From positions 1 to 39,012 of IMG/VR virus record IMGVR_UViG_3300037851_000465: a stretch of 39,012 nt of DNA. One strand, 5' to 3'. The translations under genes were made by a program, and so were the position numbers. Shown piece after piece: positions 1-6,552 of the stretch. This stretch comes from a virus (lineage: Duplodnaviria > Caudoviricetes). Numbering within the stretch: the stretch's first letter is position 1; every line of letters starts with the position of its first letter. The notes beneath the pieces were generated by a model, which was not told where the DNA came from, made no database searches, and was given only the letters and a program-made list of their open reading frames with translations.

Positions 1-157
1 TCGACAAGGGTCCGTTTTTAAATAGGACCCTTTCTTCGACCATGTCTTTTACAGGGGGTTTTTCCTCGCATGTGTCCGGAAACAGGGCAGACACCAGGAT
101 GTCCCGACTGATCGCCATGATCCTGGATTGGACCAACGACAGACGATCCGCCTGGGC
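1..157 (+). repeat. Terminal direct repeat, left copy (circular assembly overlap)
   Basis: Identical to 38856-39012 except T31 vs C38886. Confidence 0.97.
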
Positions 158-286
158 GGTGATCTTGTCGTTGCCGTGAAACCGCAAGGCGGATTCCACA
201 TTGGTCAACGACAGACCAAGGTCTGTCAGTTCTTTACAGACGTTGTTGAGGAAAGTGCCGAAGGCGGCAGTGAGGTGGTGTGGCAT
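1..286 (-). CDS. 5' part of Bro-N antirepressor-like gene spanning the circular junction (continues at 38855 down to 38494; about 215 aa)
   Basis: ATG at 286 with GGAGG RBS; open frame MPHHLTAAFGTFLNNVCKEL...ADRLSLVQSRIMAISRD joins in frame to ORF 38494..38991. Confidence 0.85.
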   Translation of the reverse strand, partial: MPHHLTAAFGTFLNNVCKELTDLGLSLTNVESALRFHGNDKITAQADRLSLVQSRIMAISRDILVSALFPDTCEEKPPVKDMVEERVLFKNGPLS

Positions 287-305
287 GGGGGCCTCCATGC
301 CGGGC

Positions 306-358
306 ATTGTACCCAACTGGAAACACCACGTCAACCCGTAATGGTTCCAGGTAGAAAC
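306..358 (-). promoter_or_regulatory. Sigma70-type promoter of the antirepressor gene with two palindromic operator-like sites
   Basis: Minus strand TTGACG(334-329)-N17-TACAAT(311-306); sites GTACCCA-AC-TGGAAAC (309-324) and GGTTCCA-GG-TAGAAAC (343-358). Confidence 0.75.
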
Positions 359-360
359 AC

Positions 361-570
361 CTAGGACAACAACAGGTCTTTCCCAAGCGCTTTTGCTAGT
401 GCTTCTATTGTTTCGACAACACAGGATTTCCCTGACAGAAATTTGGAAATGGCCGACGGCGCCACATCCGCCCGCCGGGCGATCTCCCGCAGGCTGGTCC
501 CCTTGGCCAACTCTGCGCGGATCGCCTCCCGAAGCTGTTCCGCCACCGACAGTTGCATGCGTTTGGCCAT
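361..570 (-). CDS. Small XRE/Cro-type HTH regulator
   Basis: SLREIARRADVAPSAISKFLSGK...ETIEALAKALG HTH_3 pattern. Confidence 0.85.
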   Translation of the reverse strand: MAKRMQLSVAEQLREAIRAELAKGTSLREIARRADVAPSAISKFLSGKSCVVETIEALAKALGKDLLLS

Positions 571-612
571 GATGCCTCACAGGGTAGGCGGTCGGGCGGG
601 CAGTCCAGAGGC

Positions 613-1476
613 TCACGCCACGTTCCCCCGGCTGGCGATCCACACGTCCAGCTTGTGTATGGCGTGGTCGGGATCGGGCCGGCCGGTGGCCTCGACCTTC
701 GGGAGCGTCGCGTACAGGGCCTTGGCCTTGTCGGTCCCGACCACCTTCACCAGTTCGCCGTACAGGGCCTTGGCCAGGGCGCGCCCCAGTTCGGCATCTT
801 CAGTCGGTGCGCCGCTGTGGGCCTTGTGGACCGCTTCAGCGGCGGCGGCGTCCAGCCGCTTGAGGCGCACGAATAACACATTGCATTTCTGCTCGCTGGT
901 CAGCGCGGCCGGGGGCGGCTCGACGGGCGTGGTCACGGTGGCGGTGGCCTGCGGGGCCTCGGCCGGCGGGGCGGTGGGGTTCGGGGCGGCAACAGCTTCG
1001 CGCTCCTTGCGCTTCTGGGCGTCCAGCCACGCGGCGGCCTGCTCCTGGTAGCCGTCTTCCTCGAACTTCCCGGCGTAGATGTCGGCCATGAAGCCGACCT
1101 TCTTGAGGGCCTGCTTGAGGCCGTCCGTCGTGGCCTTCTTGAAGCCGTCGGTGTCCACCTGGTTGCCATCCTTGCGGCGGATGAACAGATCCGACGAGGC
1201 CACCACGTCGAACTCGGCGCGGCTGCCGTCTTCGGGGTCCAGATACCAAAAGCGCATGGACACCACGGCCATTTCGCCAGCGGCGAAGGGCGGGAAGGGG
1301 AAGGTCCAGCCGAAGCCCTGACCGCAGGGGCCGAAGGCTTCTGTGGCTCGTTCCAACAGGTAGCCCATGTCCACGGCGGTGCATTTGAAGCCACCGGGCA
1401 GCTGGGCTTGTTTGGTCTCGCGGGGATCGGTGATCTTGACGCGATCCCAGATCCGGCGGTTACGTTTGGGGTCCAT
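613..1476 (-). CDS. Rad52/Sak-like single-strand annealing protein
   Basis: IWDRVKITDP..TK, ATEAFGPCGQGFGW, DGFKKATTDGLKQAL..VGF.ADIY.G motifs; GGAG RBS. Confidence 0.8.
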   Translation of the reverse strand: MDPKRNRRIWDRVKITDPRETKQAQLPGGFKCTAVDMGYLLERATEAFGPCGQGFGWTFPFPPFAAGEMAVVSMRFWYLDPEDGSRAEFDVVASSDLFIRRKDGNQVDTDGFKKATTDGLKQALKKVGFMADIYAGKFEEDGYQEQAAAWLDAQKRKEREAVAAPNPTAPPAEAPQATATVTTPVEPPPAALTSEQKCNVLFVRLKRLDAAAAEAVHKAHSGAPTEDAELGRALAKALYGELVKVVGTDKAKALYATLPKVEATGRPDPDHAIHKLDVWIASRGNVA

Positions 1477-1493
1477 GGGGTCTCCAGGGGGTT

Positions 1494-1614
1494 GGTGATG
1501 AAGAGCCGGTGCTGTTCCCGGCTGTCACGGGCCTTTCCCCGCGTCACCGTTTGTCCGGTCGGTGTCCGGTCTTCACCCACCTACCCCGCCACGGGAACAC
1601 CCCGTGGGGCGCGG
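1494..1614 (-). ncRNA. Candidate structured leader RNA (four-way junction plus upstream hairpin)
   Basis: Closing stem GGUG(G)GUGAAGA/UCUUCAUCACC enclosing CACCG/CGGUG, CGCGGG/CCCGUG and GCCGG/CCGGC hairpins; upstream CCACGGG/CCCGUGG hairpin. Confidence 0.45.
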
Positions 1615-1803
1615 TTAAACCTTGGGATTTTTAGGGACAATGCCGAGCAACCGCCGGATAAACCGGCACGGCCGCGACGGCATGGGACGGGGCGATTGCC
1701 CGCGAATGATGGGAAGGCGGGCGGTGATCACGCCCGAGCCTTCCCGGTTCTCCGGTTTAGGGGATTGAGACATGCGCTGCGTCGTAGCGTTGGGATCAAT
1801 CAC
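1615..1803 (-). CDS. Hypothetical protein
   Basis: Short ORF packed directly after the 1807 stop in the leftward operon. Confidence 0.35.
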   Translation of the reverse strand: MIDPNATTQRMSQSPKPENREGSGVITARLPIIRGQSPRPMPSRPCRFIRRLLGIVPKNPKV

Positions 1804-1806
1804 GGG

Positions 1807-2106
1807 TCACCTCAAGGCAAAGGCTGGGATGAAGTCAGACATGCGGATGCCACGATACCCAAACGGATCGTCCCGTTCGGCCTGGTCCTCAGCCGCGTCC
1901 CGCAGAACGTAGGCCTCCGTCCGGTCCCGCTCCTGCCGCAGGCGGCGGCGCAGGGTGGCCAGCCAGCCGGGGGACGTGGTGCGGGTGGACAGGAAGTCCA
2001 CCACAACGCGCAGGCGGGCCAGCCGCGCCTCGTTTTCAGTTGGGATTCTGCGCATCACGTTGCATCCTTTCCCACCAGGACAGGCCTTGAGGGTGGTGGG
2101 TTCCAT
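1807..2106 (-). CDS. Hypothetical protein, first gene of leftward early operon (probably leaderless)
   Basis: ATG at 2106 directly follows the promoter at 2107-2141. Confidence 0.6.
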   Translation of the reverse strand: MEPTTLKACPGGKGCNVMRRIPTENEARLARLRVVVDFLSTRTTSPGWLATLRRRLRQERDRTEAYVLRDAAEDQAERDDPFGYRGIRMSDFIPAFALR

Positions 2107-2141
2107 GGCTAAACATTTACTAAACGTTGGCCCATTGTCAA
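2107..2141 (-). promoter_or_regulatory. Leftward early promoter with overlapping palindromic operator
   Basis: Minus strand TTGACAATGGGCCAACGTTTAGTAAATGTTTAGCC-ATG; operator AACGTTTA-G-TAAATGTT; aligns with 5208-5245. Confidence 0.75.
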
Positions 2142-2179
2142 GCGTTGATATAGGCCCATGGTTTGCGTTGGAGGTAGTC

Positions 2180-2626
2180 ATGAGAAAACATCGATTCACC
2201 GCAGCAATCAAAAGGAAAAACCTTTCACAGGGGAAATTGTCGCGATTGATAGGTGTTGATCCATCCTATCTCAGTCAGTTGATAAATGGGAATAGGCCAG
2301 GCGATGGGGTCATGGAGCGATGTGCGGAAGCGTTAGAAGTTTCACCAGAATGGTTGCGAAATGGGATGAATCCCCCTGATTGGTACACGCCGCCAGTCCA
2401 AACCTCCATCGTCTTCGGCCCTGGCAACCGAGGCCAACAGGTCATCGGCGACGGCAACACCGTGGGTTGCATCCCGGCCTTGTGTGCGAACGGGAACGAA
2501 TGCCGGACCATTCATAATGAGCTGGCGGCGGTGATCCGGGAGCGGGATAGCCTCAAGGCGCAGTTGGACGTTTTGCAGAATAAATTGATTGAGGCGGCGA
2601 TATTGCCGAAGAAAGGAAGCAAATGA
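2180..2626 (+). CDS. CI-like XRE HTH immunity repressor with coiled-coil C-terminus and no S24 peptidase domain
   Basis: GGAGG RBS, ATG 2180; LSQGKLSRLIGVDPSYLSQLING...CAEALEVSPEWLRNG; divergent from the leftward promoter. Confidence 0.85.
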   Translation: MRKHRFTAAIKRKNLSQGKLSRLIGVDPSYLSQLINGNRPGDGVMERCAEALEVSPEWLRNGMNPPDWYTPPVQTSIVFGPGNRGQQVIGDGNTVGCIPALCANGNECRTIHNELAAVIRERDSLKAQLDVLQNKLIEAAILPKKGSK

Positions 2627-3201
2627 CCCCGGCCAAACCCCTCCCGCCCACCGTCGCCATCCCCGACGACTTCATTGCCGGGACGCTGATGATTTGTGAA
2701 AAAATCCTGAAACAGGACACCGGAAACCTGACGATTGTTTCGGTTTTCAATAATGCCCACATCGAGTTGCAGGACGACGGCGAACCCAAAGGCGGCATCC
2801 CCATCCCCGCCGCCAGCATGCATCTGCGCATGGTCGCCATGAGACCGACCAGCATCCCCTGGACGGTCTTCCTGCGCGTGCTGACCTGGAACGGCACGCC
2901 CGAACCTGCAACCCGCATCGCGGCCGTCTTCGGTGGGACCACTCATCTGGAGGACGGCGGTCCGCTGGTCTCTGATCTTCCCATGGATTATCGCGGCGGA
3001 TTCTTCCGCATAACACCAGACAGGCCCATACCGACCGATGGGAAACTGTGTGTCACCGCACGGTTTGAATTGTGGACCGGTGACCGTTTCCTGGTTGCCC
3101 AGCCGATTGACTTCCATTATACTTTCGTCAAGGTCCAGCCCCCAACAGCGGAAGGAGAACAGCATGCCAGCGCTCCTCGATCATCCGCAGGTGCCCCATG
3201 A
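2623..3201 (+). CDS. Hypothetical beta-rich protein (DUF6941-like)
   Basis: LMICEKILKQDTGNLTIVSVFN N-terminal motif; ATGA coupling to the repressor. Confidence 0.55.
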   Translation: MTPAKPLPPTVAIPDDFIAGTLMICEKILKQDTGNLTIVSVFNNAHIELQDDGEPKGGIPIPAASMHLRMVAMRPTSIPWTVFLRVLTWNGTPEPATRIAAVFGGTTHLEDGGPLVSDLPMDYRGGFFRITPDRPIPTDGKLCVTARFELWTGDRFLVAQPIDFHYTFVKVQPPTAEGEQHASAPRSSAGAP

Positions 3202-3421
3202 GATCACGGTACATGGGGAAATCGTCAGGGTTACGCTTACCCACGACGAGTTGGGATATTTGGCTGAAGGAAAACCATCATTCGCCGATGGAGTCGTTTC
3301 TGGTGGTGGCGCATCAGAGTCAGAAGCCATCGAGTCATTCATTGATGAATGCGAATTGGTTTTTTCATTTGCCCATGAATCAGACGAACCATGGTGGAAG
3401 GAACGCTACCTTCCGAGGTAG
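3164..3421 (+). CDS. HicB-like antitoxin-fold protein without DNA-binding domain
   Basis: AAGGAG RBS; VTLTHDELGYLAE..SF.DGVVSGGGASESEAIESF fits the HicB N-terminal pattern. Confidence 0.55.
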   Translation: MPALLDHPQVPHEITVHGEIVRVTLTHDELGYLAEGKPSFADGVVSGGGASESEAIESFIDECELVFSFAHESDEPWWKERYLPR

Positions 3422-3424
3422 CAA

Positions 3425-3913
3425 ATGAAAAAGGACGACATTAAACGCGGTTTCATATTTGGCACCTTAGGGATGCCTAAATTCCCGTCTAAAATTCGTT
3501 ATTGCATCGTAACAAAAACAAACGATGATAGTTCATTTACGCTTACGACATTAACGGCAGATAAATACAATTCATTATCTTATCATCAGAAAATACAAAT
3601 AGATCCCAAAGATTTCCCAGAGATTTATTACCATTTCAGATTCAACAAAACAGGACTTCCTGTAGTCAAAAGTTATATTTCTCTGCATAATTATCAAACA
3701 AACTCAACGGCCTTTATGGAAAATGTGGTATTTAGACCAAGTCTGGGTGATCATGGCATGATACAATTAGATAATGGGTCTATGGTTGAAGTTCACCCAT
3801 CAATATCCCGTAGGGTTGAAACTCAAATGAATGAATTTCATTTTAATACGATCGCAAGGACACAAAACAACACGGACTATCAACGCTTTTTTGGCTCCGA
3901 CGAAGACATCTAA
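3425..3913 (+). CDS. AT-rich protein, possible PemK/MazF-like RNase
   Basis: IKRGFIF...P..KIRYCIV...ND...TTLT...GLPVVKSYI resembles PemK motifs; GC far below genome average. Confidence 0.45.
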   Translation: MKKDDIKRGFIFGTLGMPKFPSKIRYCIVTKTNDDSSFTLTTLTADKYNSLSYHQKIQIDPKDFPEIYYHFRFNKTGLPVVKSYISLHNYQTNSTAFMENVVFRPSLGDHGMIQLDNGSMVEVHPSISRRVETQMNEFHFNTIARTQNNTDYQRFFGSDEDI

Positions 3914-3916
3914 CCC

Positions 3917-4984
3917 ATGCCCTCCATCCACTCCCGCCGCCGCAACTGGTATCAAATCCGCTGGTACGAAGGCGGAAAACGCCGCGCCAGCCCCGTGGTC
4001 CGCAGTCGTGCCGACGCCGAAGCCATGTCCCGCGCCATCGAGGCCCGCCTGGCCGCCCAGAAGTCCATAGGGTGCCGTGACGGCCTGCCGCTGCCCCTGG
4101 CCGAAGTCGTCCACCGCTGGAAGACCGACCGCATCAACAACGGCCGCAGCAAGGAATACGCTGACGAAGCCGCCGGCCTGGTCCTGCGCGTGGCCGAGGA
4201 ATACCGCTGGACCCGGACCAGCCACGTCACCCCGGCCGCCATCGATGCCTGGCGACGCGACAAGAAGGGCCGCATTACCCGGACCTTTTCCTACCTGCGG
4301 GCCGTCCTGCGTTGGGCTAGGGATCGCCTGGGCCAAGAAGTCCACCAGGCCGCCCTGGTCGAAACCGCCAAATCGCCCCGCCGTCGTCCCTCGGCCGATC
4401 TGCTCACCGATGACCAGATGACCGCCCTGGAGGCCGAAGCCGCCAAGCAAAGCCCCAGCTGCGTCGCCCTGCTGCGCTTCCTGGCCACCTACGGCCACCG
4501 GCCCATCACCGCCGCCCGCCTGACCGTGGCCGATCTCGACCTGGAGCGCGGCACGCTCACCTTGAACGTCAAAGGCGGCGACACCATCCGCCACGCCGTC
4601 CTTCCGTCCACCATGGACGACCTTCGCCCCCTGATCGAAGGCCAGCGCCCCACCTGTCCCATCTTCCGCACCGTCACCGGCCTGCCCTACCTGGACCCAC
4701 GGGCCACCCGCACCCGCCAGCGCATGCCGGCCTGGTTCCGGGATCTGGCCGCCAGGGCCGGGGTCAAGGCCAGCATCTACGACCTCAAGCGCCTGGCCGT
4801 CTCCCGCCTCTTCGCCGCCGGGGCCGACCTGGCCACCATCGCCAGCATCACCGGCCACCGCACTCCGGCCGTCCTCCTACGCTACGCCAGGACGAATGAA
4901 GCCCGTCAGCAGGCAGCATTACAGCACATCGCCCGGCAACAAACGGACGCACGACGGACGCACGATGGACCACCCCAGGCATAA
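3917..4984 (+). CDS. int: Tyrosine integrase
   Basis: N-terminal arm-binding WYQIRWYEGGKR; catalytic TYGHRP...L.V.D.D, VKGG, YDLKR, TGH...RY; adjacent attP. Confidence 0.92.
   Translation: MPSIHSRRRNWYQIRWYEGGKRRASPVVRSRADAEAMSRAIEARLAAQKSIGCRDGLPLPLAEVVHRWKTDRINNGRSKEYADEAAGLVLRVAEEYRWTRTSHVTPAAIDAWRRDKKGRITRTFSYLRAVLRWARDRLGQEVHQAALVETAKSPRRRPSADLLTDDQMTALEAEAAKQSPSCVALLRFLATYGHRPITAARLTVADLDLERGTLTLNVKGGDTIRHAVLPSTMDDLRPLIEGQRPTCPIFRTVTGLPYLDPRATRTRQRMPAWFRDLAARAGVKASIYDLKRLAVSRLFAAGADLATIASITGHRTPAVLLRYARTNEARQQAALQHIARQQTDARRTHDGPPQA
4945..4964 (+). repeat. Integrase arm-type sites, left pair
   Basis: GGACGCACG at 4945 and 4956 (11-bp period); same motif at 5172 and 5183. Confidence 0.8.
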
Positions 4985-5019
4985 AAAAAGCCACGTCAAC
5001 CATTGTGGTGACGTGGCTT
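4983..5019 (-). terminator. Rho-independent terminator downstream of the tRNA fragment
   Basis: 11-bp stem AAGCCACGTCA/TGACGTGGCTT ending in a T7 run on the minus strand. Confidence 0.85.
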
Positions 5020-5023
5020 ATAT

Positions 5024-5069
5024 TGGAGGCGCCACCCGGAGTCGAACCGGGCTTCACGGATTTGCAATC
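5024..5069 (-). tRNA. 3' half of tRNA-Cys(GCA), the attP core; not a complete tRNA gene
   Basis: Minus strand GATTGCAAATCCGTGAAGCCCGGTTCGACTCCGGGTGGCGCCTCCA: GCA anticodon loop, T-arm, U73 discriminator, CCA; 5' half absent. Confidence 0.92.
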
Positions 5070-5171
5070 GGTTTTTGACTATTTGGCCGAAATGGTCGGA
5101 TAAAAAAACCGGATAAAGCCAATGTTTTTGGAATGTCACCGCGGATGGGACGAGGCTGTATGCGCCCGCGT

Positions 5172-5191
5172 GGACGCACGGTGGACGCACG
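5172..5191 (+). repeat. Integrase arm-type sites, right pair
   Basis: GGACGCACG at 5172 and 5183, on the opposite side of the att core. Confidence 0.8.
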
Positions 5192-5207
5192 GGGGATGAT
5201 GTGGGGG

Positions 5208-5242
5208 TTGACTATGTATAAACGATGAGTAAACGTTTGTCC
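5208..5242 (+). promoter_or_regulatory. Rightward early promoter with overlapping palindromic operator
   Basis: TTGACTATGTATAAACGATGAGTAAACGTTTGTCC-ATG; operator AAACGATGA-G-TAAACGTTT at 5220-5238. Confidence 0.75.
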
Positions 5243-5518
5243 ATGACCACGGAACAAAAGACGCCTTTGTCGGTCCTGGAAGAAATGGCCGATCAAAAAG
5301 GATACTTCATTGCTGGAGTGGTGCCGTGGACCTGGCGCCGTTGGTCGCTCGGCCACCCCATCTCCCGCCTCGCCCGCCCCGTCGCCACCCGCGCCATCAA
5401 GCGCCTACGGGCGCTGGCGATCAAGCGAGGGGTTCCGGCGAGTGAGGTGCCGGATTTGGTGGTAAAAGATGGACGGGTGGGGGTGCGGTGCGGTCATAAA
5501 ACTAACAACAAAAAATAA
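5243..5518 (+). CDS. Cro-like or excisionase-like small DNA-binding protein
   Basis: IAGVVPWTWRRWSLG resembles an HTH recognition helix; first gene after the operator-containing promoter. Confidence 0.5.
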   Translation: MTTEQKTPLSVLEEMADQKGYFIAGVVPWTWRRWSLGHPISRLARPVATRAIKRLRALAIKRGVPASEVPDLVVKDGRVGVRCGHKTNNKK

Positions 5519-5564
5519 TAATTCACACAATAAATCATTTATATAACAAACAGGAGATACGTTC

Positions 5565-5822
5565 ATGAACTTTACACAAAAAGACCCAGCGACGGTAGAT
5601 CAAGACTTCGTTTTGTCTGAGTCAATCATCGATAATTTTGATAAGGAAGAATGGATTCGGATGACCACCTGGCAGAAACGGTATTGGGTGGTCAAGGCAC
5701 AACCGCAACACAGATGCCACCCCTGGTCCTATCATGTCATTGGCGGGCCGTTTGTACGCTTTGTGCGTCGGTGGTGGTTCCGTGTGCGGTGGCATGTGTT
5801 TGGTTTCGTGGTCAAACGGTAG
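5565..5822 (+). CDS. Hypothetical protein with basic/aromatic C-terminus
   Basis: AGGAG RBS after an AT-rich spacer. Confidence 0.6.
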   Translation: MNFTQKDPATVDQDFVLSESIIDNFDKEEWIRMTTWQKRYWVVKAQPQHRCHPWSYHVIGGPFVRFVRRWWFRVRWHVFGFVVKR

Positions 5823-5824
5823 GG

Positions 5825-6016
5825 CTACACAGCAAGGCCTCCTGCTTTCCGCGTTTTTTCGGTATATCGAAACAAGGAGTCGTCGTGGATCATCGCGTGA
5901 ATCTTGTGAATGGCTTCCCGGATCGCGGCGGGGTCACTGCGTTTGCCGGGGTCCAGGATGGACAGGGCTGCGGCCAGATAGGCCGGGCGTTGGTCGTAGG
6001 GGATTACGGTCTCCAT
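5825..6016 (-). CDS. Hypothetical protein oriented against the replication operon
   Basis: AGGAGG RBS; 63-aa ORF abutting the stop of 5565-5822. Confidence 0.55.
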   Translation of the reverse strand: METVIPYDQRPAYLAAALSILDPGKRSDPAAIREAIHKIHAMIHDDSLFRYTEKTRKAGGLAV

Positions 6017-6127
6017 GGGGAGGCCTCCTGTGTAGGTGCTGGCGTGGGCCAGCGGGGTGAATCAACCACTATGGCGGTGTGACCCGCCAGGACAATAAAT
6101 GCCGGTCTTCCGGCGAGGGGGGCGATC

Positions 6128-6544
6128 ATGAGTCTGGCAACCATCGTACTGGTCGGGAACGTGGGGAAGGACCCCGTCGTGTCTCAGGCCGGCGATACGA
6201 ATCTGGCGCGGTTCTCGGTGGCGACATCGAGCCGGGTCAAGAAGGATGGGGAATGGGTGGATGCTGTGTCGTGGTGGTCGGTGAAGGTGTTTGGGAAGAA
6301 GGCCGACTTCGTGGGGAATCATGTGAAGAAGGGGACCTCGGTGGTGGTGACGGGTGAGGCCCAGATCCAGGATTGGACGGATAAGGATGGGAAGCAGCGC
6401 CGGGATGTGGTGGTGACGGCGACGGAGGTGCGGTTTGCGGGGGGATCGAAGAAGGATGGGGGTGAGGCGCGGGTTGAGCGGCAGGCGAGTGCGCCAGCGG
6501 CCGCTCCGGCGGCGGCCCGTGTGGACGACGAGCCCCCATTCTGA
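6128..6544 (+). CDS. ssb: Single-stranded DNA-binding protein
   Basis: LVGNVGKDP...ARFSVAT...W..VKVFGK.A...KKG..V.V.G OB fold; acidic tail DDEPPF. Confidence 0.96.
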   Translation: MSLATIVLVGNVGKDPVVSQAGDTNLARFSVATSSRVKKDGEWVDAVSWWSVKVFGKKADFVGNHVKKGTSVVVTGEAQIQDWTDKDGKQRRDVVVTATEVRFAGGSKKDGGEARVERQASAPAAAPAAARVDDEPPF

Positions 6545-6552
6545 GGTGCCAT

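Noticed and set aside
1-157. Terminal repeat as physical virion ends or attL/attR
   Set aside because: It falls inside a gene that reads through the junction and attP is elsewhere, so it is best explained as assembly overlap of a circle.
3908-3975. Additional attC sites at YTAAC motifs (about 3908, 5502, 17567, 22701)
   Set aside because: No matching L boxes or downstream GTTRRRY.
3917-4984. Integron integrase (IntI) serving the attC
   Set aside because: It has an arm-binding N-terminus, a cognate tRNA attP and arm sites, and no visible IntI-specific insertion.
5024-5110. Complete phage-encoded tRNA-Cys
   Set aside because: Similarity stops in the anticodon stem at 5069; no D-arm or 5' acceptor strand.
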